A stretch of DNA of 64,000 nt from Oopsacas minuta (Eukaryota; Animalia; Porifera), in NCBI GenBank assembly GCA_024704765.1, contig JAKMXF010000313.1, positions 279,450-343,449 of the forward strand, written 5' to 3'. The notes beneath the pieces are model-generated. The model ran no database searches, was not told the DNA's origin, and saw only the letters and a list, made by a program, of their open reading frames with translations. The translations under genes and the position numbers were made by a program. The number at the start of each line of letters is the position of its first letter. The stretch's first letter is position 1. Positions 47,026 through 57,700 of this stretch are shown here, piece after piece.

Positions 47026-48249
47026 TGATTACTCTAAAACTCACTAAGAAAAAGAAATATACAAAATAATCAACATTCCTATTAATAAATAGAAATCAAC
47101 TCATGCGGTGTAAGGTAAATCCAGACGTTTCAGGATAGGATAGGAACAATTTCGGAATGTGCCTAAATCCCGGTGTAAGCGAGGTTTGGGGGATGCAGCG
47201 ATTTAGGGATCAATTCAGTGATATAGTGCCCCTACACGAAGTCAAGTCTCACTCTCTCAGAAGTTGGTCTGTGTCTTTCGAAGAGATATCTATCTATATA
47301 GCAGGGCATTAAAGGAGCGGTGTGAGTGCGATCCCCTAATCGCACTCACACCAGAACTGTACCATTCTGGGCATACAAGCATAAAGACGTGTTCAGAGAC
47401 GCTGGCTCAGGGTGATCTAGTAGGTTAGTAGGGGTTTATCGCTAATTCAATAAAACCCTAGTGCGTGTCAAAGGGCCTAGAATACAATCAGGGGAAGGAA
47501 TAACGCTAGAATTTTGTTCAGGAAATTAGGCATCTAAATTTCTGGAATGTATATTCTGGGAATATATAAAATCAGGAATTATGATATTCTGGGAATTGGG
47601 TATTTACAATTTCGGGAACTGTACCGCCAAAATCCTGAATTTAGGTAACTCAGATTTCCTGGAAACTTACCGTTCGATTCTGGTAATTGTTGTTTCCTAA
47701 CATTCTTTTGATTAACAATATATCGTAACAGGATCCTAGGTCACTTTCAAAATTGGTGGTTTAAAACAGAGAGTAGGGAGATTATTTCTTATTGAAAATA
47801 AAGGGTAATTAACATTAATGGTAGAAAGGTAAGCAAAGCAGTGTGTTTAATAAATAATCCCATAATATTGAGAATGTAGGAGGCAAGGAAGATTTTTGAG
47901 GAGTCATGTCTATAGCCTGCCGCCTCTAGCTACTATTTTAGGAACGTATATTCTAAGAAAATATTTATTAACTCCTAAAACCAATATATAAGCATAACTT
48001 TCAAATCTTCTTTTGTTCATTTATTACAAAAGCAATTCAAATACAATAATTGAGACAATAACAATTCTTTCAACGAATTAAAATTGTTTTGATGAGGTGT
48101 AGAGTGTAACCGTATAAACTTCAAAACAATTTCCAAATTTGCTTTTTAATAAAGGCTAATATATATATACCGCTTTTTTGTAGTCAATATAATGCAAATA
48201 TGCTACGTCCCGCGATTTCCCTCTAGATTAGTAGTCAATGTCCTGATTT

Positions 48250-49050
48250 TTGAGATTTTACTAATTGTTTCTATGATATTCATAAAAACAACAATAAAAC
48301 TACATATGAGAACCTAAAAATGCGAAATTCGGATTTAGCGTACTGTGTTACCCTGTGTAGCCGTTTAGAGCAAGCATATCCATAAAATCAACAATACATT
48401 TACATATATCATCGGACGGACAAACAAACATACAAACAAACAAGAATTGAGATTAAATCATATAGATGTTGTTTGATTTGTTCCCAATACCATATTCGGA
48501 CTCAGCACACTCAATTACCCCAGTATAGTCGTCGAAAGCATGCTTCTACCTCAATTTTGAAATTTCCAGATAATCCAGACAGTTGTTTATCCATACATTT
48601 TGCATGGTCCTATGCAATACGGATAATTGAGGTTGCGGTAATACTCGATTACTTCAGTATATAACTATGTTTCCAACACAATTTGGAGATTTGTTTACTT
48701 TATGTACCTAAAAACAACAATAAATATAACATGAGAAACTTAAAATGCGAATTCGGATTCAGTGTAGTTAGTTAAATAACATTTTGTTAATATTTGTTTA
48801 CTTTTAGGTACATAAAGTAAACAAATTTCAAAATTGTTGTGGAAACATACTTTTAATGGTTATACTGAGGTAATCGAGTATCCCGAGTCCGAATATTGTA
48901 TTGTAAACATCTATATTATTTAATCTCAATTGTTGTTATCTGTTTGTTTGTCCGTTGATATGTAAATTTATTGTTGTTTTTATGAATATGAAGTAAACAA
49001 ATTAGCAAAATCTCAAAAATTTACGTAGATACTTGCTCTAAACGGCTACA
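48250..49050. repeat. Imperfect fold-back built from the Helitron-like family
   Basis: A|TC 5' modules at 48466 (-) and 48910 (+). The 130-bp units at about 48470-48713 and 48801-48910 are inverted. Outer parts 48250-48410 and 48960-49050 are mutually inverted. Confidence 0.65.
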
Positions 49051-49130
49051 AAAGGGATTGATCTTACAAAATAATTCAATAATATATATGCCACATACGT
49101 ATATTTGTGAATTACATTGTTCTAAATATA

Positions 49131-49211
49131 TCTATATTATAATACTCAAAGGGGCCGTCAATTTGGAGAATAAGGATACCTCGAGCCGCAATGCGACGAG
49201 CCAAAGGCTCG
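49131..49211 (+). mobile_element. 81-bp minimal Helitron-like element
   Basis: A|TCTATATTATAATACTCAA...GATACCTCGAGCCGCAATGCGACGAGCCAAAGGCTCG|T, i.e. both family termini with almost no interior. Confidence 0.55.
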
Positions 49212-49419
49212 TATAGATTGACTAAAACTTTAGCCTATAGTTTTATGTCGATAGCGTGGTAATTGTGTAATAGCAAGTAAGCAACGCTTGCTACTATAAC
49301 AGAGGCGGGATGGTTGCTCACAATTACTAATCTGTGGAAAAGTCACTCAGTTACGCTATGTAGTTTTTGGGTATTCTGAGGCGCGTGTATGCCCTAATTA
49401 CAGATGGATCATACTCTAG

Positions 49420-49893
49420 CAGGGCCGTAACCAGAGCGTAGTGTTAGGAGGGGCTAAGTAAACTTTAGGGGGTGCTTGGTACTTAAGATTTTGATATCTA
49501 TTTTTTGGGGTAGCCCCATACCCAAACTCCCAAGCTACTTTGGGGAAGGTAAAATTACTTAGTTCATAAATATTCAGACAACTCTAGCATTCTATAGTTT
49601 CCCTTAGTAATCGTAAAATGTAATCAAACTGGAAGGAATATATGTTGTGGTCATATAACAACAAAAAGTATAATTTCAATGGTCGCTGTAAATGCAGCCA
49701 TATAATTAAGTATATTTACTAGCAAGAGGAATTAGATAACTAAAATGTATAGTTAATTTGACATATTCACAAACATTTCCTTGATTTAACTAATATTTAA
49801 GATCTAAGATAGTAAAGATCAATATAGCTTAGCAAAAATTTACGAGGTGGTTAAATTTGCTAGGGGGGCTCAGCCCCCCTAGCTACGGCCCTG
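49420..49893. mobile_element. hAT MITE
   Basis: TIR CAGGGCCGTA / TACGGCCCTG. Perfect 8-bp TSD TACTCTAG (49412-49419 and 49894-49901). Confidence 0.9.
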
Positions 49894-50781
49894 TACTCTA
49901 GTGTATATGGAGCATGTCCTGAATGCAGATGGAGCATGCTCACAGCCTACGAAAATATAGCCTGTTCACGGTCTAGAATTCCTGGACCATGGATTACTTC
50001 AAGTCTATTAAATTTAACAAATTTGGGGGGCTGAATCTCTCATTTGGAAGGGCTAAATCCCCCAAAGCCCCCCTTGGCCTCGCCCCTGCCTAAGTTATTA
50101 TCAACTGGTTGAACGTAAAATCCTATGAAATTTGAGGGACTTAGGCCTGTCCCGTGTTTTAGTCATTTCGCGGGATGTCCCACAGCTGTCCCAGGTTTTA
50201 GTAACAGGGCCGTAGCCACTGGTCAGGTTATGGTCGGGTTTCACCTGATTGTTAATTAACGGTAATTAACCAGTCCGAGCATAGGAATGTAGTAAGCTCT
50301 TAGTTAGCAAGCTTTTTCTTGTATATTTTGCGCCATTCGTATGATTATATTCCGACCTACTATTGACCTGATCTCAACACGTAACTACTATCTGAGATCA
50401 ATTTAGATCCTTCTGGAGTTCTGGGTATACCTTTAGCCCACCTGTGGAAGAATATTTAAAAATATCATTTACTTTGAATTATAGCCCTGGCTAGGGTCAC
50501 ACTTTTATATAATATATCAGGGCCGTGGCCATCGGTCCGGTTTGTCAGGTTTCAATCTGACCACTTTTGGTTACTGAATTTTCCCTATATGGCACCACTC
50601 GGTAGGGTTGGTCAAGTTAACCGGACCACTTTGTCTTGTTTGTGCTGTATTCAACCGGACCGCTTTTATTTCATGGCTACGGCCCTGAATACCCACCTTT
50701 GTAGTCCAATTCAAGTATGTAAGCAAGTATAAATAGGTAGAATGTTATACGTAGTTCAACAAAGTGAAATTACAAATGTAA

Positions 50782-51642
50782 ATGGCAAAAAATATGCTCA
50801 TAGATGTAGAAGGTACTCAAGAGTCAGTCGAAGTGAAAGAGGTGATGGAGTATTCTCTCAAGAAACACCCTGTTCTAACCGTATATAACAATAAACTATA
50901 TAGGGCTGAAGGTATAGCTATAGAGGAACACTATCAGCTGATTTTCATAGCTGATTGGGAAAGGAAATGTATCCAAGTTCTAACATTTGAGGGAAACTTC
51001 GTAACATCTTTTGGACGCAGCATACTCAGGAATCCAAATGGTATAGCGGTTACAAAAGATTACCTGTTAATTACTGACACAATGCTTTCCGCATTGTTCC
51101 AATTCAGTGATTACAATCTCATGCGGATTAAAGGACCAAAAGAGGAAAAACTGTCCGATCCGTATGGACTCTGTATCGACTATAACGGAGAAGTATATGT
51201 AGCAGATTATGGTAATAACAGAGTTTCCATTTTCTCACAAGAACTCAACTTCAAGAATTGTATCGGTACACTACAGCTAAGGCATCCTAAAGATGTAAAA
51301 GTAACTATCAACAGTATTATAGTTCTAGATAGCAGTCCAAAATGTGTTCATATCTATTCGAGAAGTGGACATCTGTTAAACTCATGTGTTTCAAATGGGC
51401 GGCATGGTATGGTAGATTATCCATCTTTCTTCTGTATTGATCTTGATGGGAATATTCTTATTAGCGATAGACACAGGCACGGTATTCAGATACTCTCTCC
51501 CTCAGGACAACACATTCATACCATAGCACGGAGAAGACGCAGAAGGGCGGAACTCGAATTACCAACTGGGATCTGTATATCAACGTTAGGTACTATATTT
51601 GTTGTGTCTAATTATAATCACTCGGTTTTACAATTATTCTAG
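50782..51642 (+). CDS. NHL-repeat beta-propeller protein
   Basis: Repeated P.GI motifs: LIFIADWERKCIQV, PNGIAV, PYGLCIDYNGEVYVADYGNNRVSIF, DLDGNILISDR and PTGICIS. No RING or B-box in the ORF. Confidence 0.85.
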   Translation: MAKNMLIDVEGTQESVEVKEVMEYSLKKHPVLTVYNNKLYRAEGIAIEEHYQLIFIADWERKCIQVLTFEGNFVTSFGRSILRNPNGIAVTKDYLLITDTMLSALFQFSDYNLMRIKGPKEEKLSDPYGLCIDYNGEVYVADYGNNRVSIFSQELNFKNCIGTLQLRHPKDVKVTINSIIVLDSSPKCVHIYSRSGHLLNSCVSNGRHGMVDYPSFFCIDLDGNILISDRHRHGIQILSPSGQHIHTIARRRRRRAELELPTGICISTLGTIFVVSNYNHSVLQLF

Positions 51643-51763
51643 TTTTCTTATAATAAATATATTGTTATGTGCTTCCCTAGTTTATGAAACGGAAGTTTTT
51701 CTTGAAGAACTTTCAACTTTTTGCTTGACGCATTTTTGACCTTTTAGCTTTTGGAATTATACT

Positions 51764-54700
51764 ATGTCTAAGATTATCTTATGTGGAGCGAGTTCAGTTG
51801 GTAAGACAACTCTGTCTAACGATTGGTGTAAGAGAAATAAAGAGTACGCTCAGATTCAAGAAGTAGCTAGAGATGTTATGACTGAAAAAGGAATAACAAG
51901 AGATCACATGACCAAATCTCTGCGAACTGATAAGAAACTTTTCTTTGATCTTCAAAAATCAATTTTCGTAGAACAAAACAAGAGAGAGACTTCGCTTGGA
52001 GATACGCAATTCATTTCTGATCGTGGACCAGATCCTCTGGTCTACACATTCTTAGAAGATGAGGACGAAGCACACGCCTTGTTCGAGCATGGAGCTGTCG
52101 AGGGTTGCTTCAATCTATATCGAAAATCTTTAGTTGTTCTTTTGTGTCCATTAGATAATTCAGTTGATGATGGATTTAGATTGGTTCAGTCAACTGAAGA
52201 ACAGTATCAATTCACAGACGGGTTGCATCGAGTGTTACAAAAATATAATGTTCCATATATAACCATGAATGAGAGAGATCGGGAGAAACGTTTAGAAATA
52301 CTAAAGTTAGCTGTGCGGGGTCAGTTACCTATCTCTGCGGACCAGTTCAAGGCACAGTTAAGGCTTACATTTTACATGGACCGTGAAGCTACGAAAAATG
52401 ATAGATATTATCCTCCCTGCCTCCCTATGATTAAGCAGGGAAAGGAAGCTCGGATTCGTACGTTTGACATAAATCCGAATGATATACTTTTAACTCGTCC
52501 ACCAATGGACAACTACCAAACTAATAGAATGGTAGATCGTTATGGTGAGGATAACTTTGTACTGATTCAGTTTCACAGAAAGTTGTCAGAGAGCTACATT
52601 AGAGAGGTTCTACAAAAAGGAATCTATGTAAATGGAGATGAGTATCAATTTCTTGGGTGTAGTTCTACCGGGCTGAAAGTTAAGAAGTGTTATTTTCTAA
52701 AAGGAAACGTTAAGCATATTGAGGATGTATTGCTTGAGTGTGGTAACTTTTTGAAGATTAATATGGTCTCCAAGAGGCTGAAGAGAATCAGTTTGCTATT
52801 TTCTGTCGCAATCAACACTGGAGTTATAGTCCCTGACAATAAAGTAAAGGTCATTGATGACATTGAAAATAAGGAAGGAAATTTTACTGATGGATGTGGG
52901 TTTGTTGGATTAGCTCTTGCCGAGAAGCTCGCGAAAGCATCAAACGCGACTATTAACTCACCGGAGGATAAAGTGCCAGCTGTTTTCCAGATCAGATTCC
53001 AAGGTTTCAAAGGGATTCTTATTAAGAGCCCACACATTGATAAAGATTCTATACAAGTCAGAAAATCTATGCAAAAATTCTTTCCCGGAACAGACCCGTT
53101 TCAAGAAGTGTGGGTGTGTAAGCATTCTCGTCCTAATTCCTACGGTCACCTAAATATACAATTTATAGTGCTGTTGTCTGGACTAGGGATAGCTGATGAA
53201 GTCTTTCTGAAAAAGCAGGAAGAGTTCTTTTCTGTGGTTGAGAATATGTTAGTAAAACGAGAGTATGCAATTAAGCTTCTGAACTGGCGCGATTATCCAG
53301 ATGTAGCCATGTTTGTAGCCAGATGTACATCCAATGAGGAAATGAAGAATAATGTTTCTGTTCAGAACACATTGAAATTTATCAGGACTAAGTTGATAGA
53401 TAAAATGGATAAACTAAGCATACCAGTAATCAAATCACGGACTCTATTTGGCGTGTGTGATCCTTTAGGACTTATGCAATATGGAGAATGCTTCGTTAGA
53501 ATTTCTGTTAACGGATCTCCCCAGACTCTACAGCATGGCATGTCTGTAACTGTTGGTAAGAACCCCTGCTATCTCCTTGGGGACGTTAGAGTTCTGAAGG
53601 CAGTTGACTACCCAGAATTAAACCATTTAGTTGATTGCATAGTATTTCCTGTCAAAGGAGTGAGACCTCATTCTGTCGAGATAGCTGGATCTGACTTAGA
53701 CGGAGATGAATACTTTGTGTGCTGGGATGCAGCCCTGATCCCTCGTCGTATTGTTGCACCCTATAGCTACCCTTCGATTGACGCACCACCTTCTGACAAA
53801 GTGACAAGAGCTATGATGATAGACTACTTCTCCAGCATGACTGATATGATGGGTAAGATCAATAACTGTTTCCAGTATTGGGCTGATACTGTAGGACCTG
53901 GCTGTAAGGAATGTGAAGAACTTGGTGCCTGGTTCTCTCGCAGCGTAGATTCTTCAAAAACAGGCGATAAAGTACGTCTACCCAATTATCTTAAACCTCC
54001 CAGAAATAATCCCCCTCAGGAAGTAGCTGAGAAAGTTTGGGTTAAAATGAAGAATTTAGCGCTTAAACGCAAAAAGCTCCTGACTAAAGAGATCACTGAT
54101 GATGCCCTGAATCAAGAGATCACTGATGATGCCCTGAATCAAGAGATCACTGATGATGCCCTGAGTCAAGAGATCACTGATGATGCCCTGAGTCAAGAGA
54201 TCACTGATGATGCCCTGACTAAACAATCTTCTATCTCTGCTATTCCTGAGGATTTTATTACAAATTTGTTGCAGGATAATGATAGAGGAATTTCTGAATA
54301 CAAAGTGTTCTGTCTAATGTATAAGTGGTGCGATTCACTGCAACTAAATGATGCTGATAAGTTGGAAAAAATTCGCACGTTATCTGATTATATCAACTTT
54401 GGTAAGCTGACGATGAAAGAGAGAATTGAAGCTATTCAACTAGGCGTACCCAGAGCTAAGGTTATGAATGCTTTGAATAAGTCTAAACTCCTCAACAAGC
54501 AAATGCTAAAATCTTTCTACTTTGACCTACCTTCTTGTGGATGGAAGTTTTATCTCAGAGAGAGTAGTGCTGATTTCGATTGGAGACACCTATTCCGCGC
54601 TATTAACGGGTATCCTGAATCATTGTTAATCTTACAGCTACAGGATGGACACATCCAATATAGACTAGGATTTCATTTCATTGGACCGTTTAAAGAAGGA

Positions 54701-57700
54701 GAATCAATTATTCCTGCTGGGTCCCTAACTTCTTATTTCTTCTCTCCTCAATTCGGCTATAAGTTGAGATACGTCACAGAACGCGAATACAATCTTAATC
54801 TCACTGAGGAAGTTATTCAGTTCTATCGCGATAATGATGTTAAGAACACATTTCTCTGGTTAAGAAGTCAAATAAAAAGTGTAAAGGGTGACCAACATGT
54901 TGATTACGATAGGGTTAGCATAGACCTGAACAGATTCAAAAGGACCATTTTAAGAATTGATCGTCATCCCAAGATCAATAAAATGAACTTCCTTACAGCT
55001 GAAATATTCGTTAAGAATGTTTCTATTGAAGAGACAGCTTACTTTGATATATACGAATCTGATCAGCCAGGGGATCTCTTTACGAGTGAGTTTGAAGATT
55101 CTGAGTTACTTGAAGAATTGCCAAGTGATGATGAGGATGATAGAGATGTGTTACCGATTGTTTTTGACACACCCCTCGAAGCTCTGGAGGGATTTGCTAA
55201 GAGAGGAGATTGTCTAAAGTTTAGAGAAGTGTTTGAAAGTATAACTAATTCAGAAGATAATATTCCCAGCTCCAGATTATTAATAAAAGCATTCTTATCT
55301 TTAATCGCGAATATGGTAGTTAGATATTCTCACAAGAGCTCTATAGAGTTACTTAAAGCTTCAGAATTACATAGGAATGCAGGAGCAAAGGATGAATGGC
55401 CAAATATACAAACAACAGCACAAGCAAAAGAACCCAAACCACAAACTTGGCCAACTGTACAAACTAATGAACAGAAATTACAAACATCACCAGCATCAGA
55501 ACCAAAAGTACAAGAACTACATGCATCACCAACAATACAAACAATACCGACTGTACAAAATAATATACAAAGCACAGGACCACATGTACAACCTGGTCCA
55601 AAAATAATAACAGGACTAGATCTACCAACTCCACAACATGCAGGAACTAAAATGGTAAAAGATTATGTGAAGATATTCGTATCTATAGAGAATATGTTGA
55701 ACTCCTTACACATCACTTTTACCAGTCCGAAAGATTTGTTAGTCCTCTACTCTTATCTCAGTAGACTTCATCTCTATGATATCATTAACAAACATATAAT
55801 TACTTCGCTTGATAAAATCGAAATATCTACTCACGCTCAATACTTTGACTGTGTATTCAATTGGGAGTTGTGGTGCTTCTTGTCATTGTCTGTCTCTCAT
55901 CAGTTATCAAACAGACTATACACACTATATCTTACATTAGAAGATACTGATAGATCAGTAAATAATGAGGTTACAATTCCCAGCAGTTTACAAGAACTGT
56001 CTGTCACTTGCAATGATCCCCCGCCAGTTGATCACACACAGCTAAAGCGCTACAAGTGCTACTTTGCGCACTTAATGCTAAATCACCTGCTAGCTGAGTC
56101 TCCAGGACAGGAAGAGTATGCTAAGGTTAAAGATACAGAGAACAGTGTGTGTAAGCTTAGAGTACTTCCCGCTAAGAGAGAGGTAACTGTAAGCACAGAT
56201 CTACAGAGCAGCAGTGAGGAAGATATTGAGGATACAACTGCTGTAGTGGAACAAGTGAAAAGCAAGAAAAAGTGTAAACCCTGGAAAGCCTGTTTCTCTC
56301 GACTGAACCAAGTTACATCTAGTAAGTTCTCAAATGGTTCCTATGTTAAGATTCGTTTCTTAGCGTTGTCTACTTCTACTCATTCTAGCGAGCCCATTGC
56401 ATTAGGTCGTATCTCGCAGTACTCTTGGAGTCCTGCTAGCATTACAGTTGACATCCTAGAACCTGTCCCTGACTGTCTCAAGAGATCAGCTGATCTGAAG
56501 AAAGGGTTCTGGGCGCTCACTCTACTCGGCAATGTCACCAGCTTTAAGAGATCGAGTAAAGCACTTCAGTCCTTATATACCCCAGGAATTGTATCAATCC
56601 TCATCTCCCCAGAGGCTTTTCCTCCTAACATAATCCAGCAAGAGAATACTATAGACATTTCAATCCAACAACCTGAAGCTGTTCTTGAATCTGTAAAGAG
56701 AGATAATCCGTATACTTCATTTCCTGGCTGTAATGCCTGTGAGCATAGAGCTAGCCTCAATCAGAGTCAAGAGAATGCTATCCATGCATCTCTGAAACAA
56801 CGATTAACTCTGATACATGGACCTCCAGGCACTGGAAAGACTTTTGTTGCAGCTGAAATTGTCCATCAGATGAGTCATATGGAAGATAAATCTAAAATAT
56901 TAGTAGCTGCTGAAACAAATAACGCAGTGGACAATCTCACACGGAAACTTGTAGATCTGGGAATGCTAGTTGTACGCGTTGGGAAGAGGAATACAATATC
57001 AAAGGATCTACACGAACACTCATTAGATCACCAGGTAGAGATGAAACGAGTTGAGCTGGGCGAGAGTAAGAAGGGAGAGTTTCAATCTCCAAAGCTTAAG
57101 AAAGAAATCCTCAATGCTGCTGAAATAATAGCAACAACCTGTACAGGAGCTGGAGATAGTGATCTAAAAACAATTAAATTCTCTTATATTCTTATTGACG
57201 AAGCTACTCAAGCTATTGAACCAGTATCTCTTATATCCATAGCTAAGTCATGTGACAAGCTAATCCTTATTGGGGATCCTAAACAGCTGGCTCCGACGTT
57301 ACCAGAAAAACATGATCAACGAGAAAATATTCCTGAGGGTACGCCCCCTTATGATGCTCTGAGTGTTACTCTATTCCACAGACTCTGTACGAAGTTAGAG
57401 CCGATATTCTTGGACGAGCAACATCGTATGCACCCTGCTATCGCCGAATTTCCTTCTATGATGTTCTACGCAGGTAAATTGAGGACAGCTGTTAAGGAAA
57501 AGGACAGGATACCTCCTAATGTTCAGTTTCTTTCTCCGAACAAACCGATTATTTTTATCAATGCTGAAACTCCAGAATATCGAGCAGGCACTTCTTGGAA
57601 GAATCCCGGAGAAGCTGAATTAGTAGTAAAGATAATCAAACAGCTGATGGCTACTAGTGAGTGTACAGTATCAGATATTGGTGTCATTACTCCTTACACA

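Noticed and set aside
50205-50687. Intact hAT MITE(s) with CAGGGCCGT ends
   Set aside because: TIR-like ends are present (50205, 50518, 50687), but no 8-bp TSD matches for either pairing. Treated as unresolved remnants.
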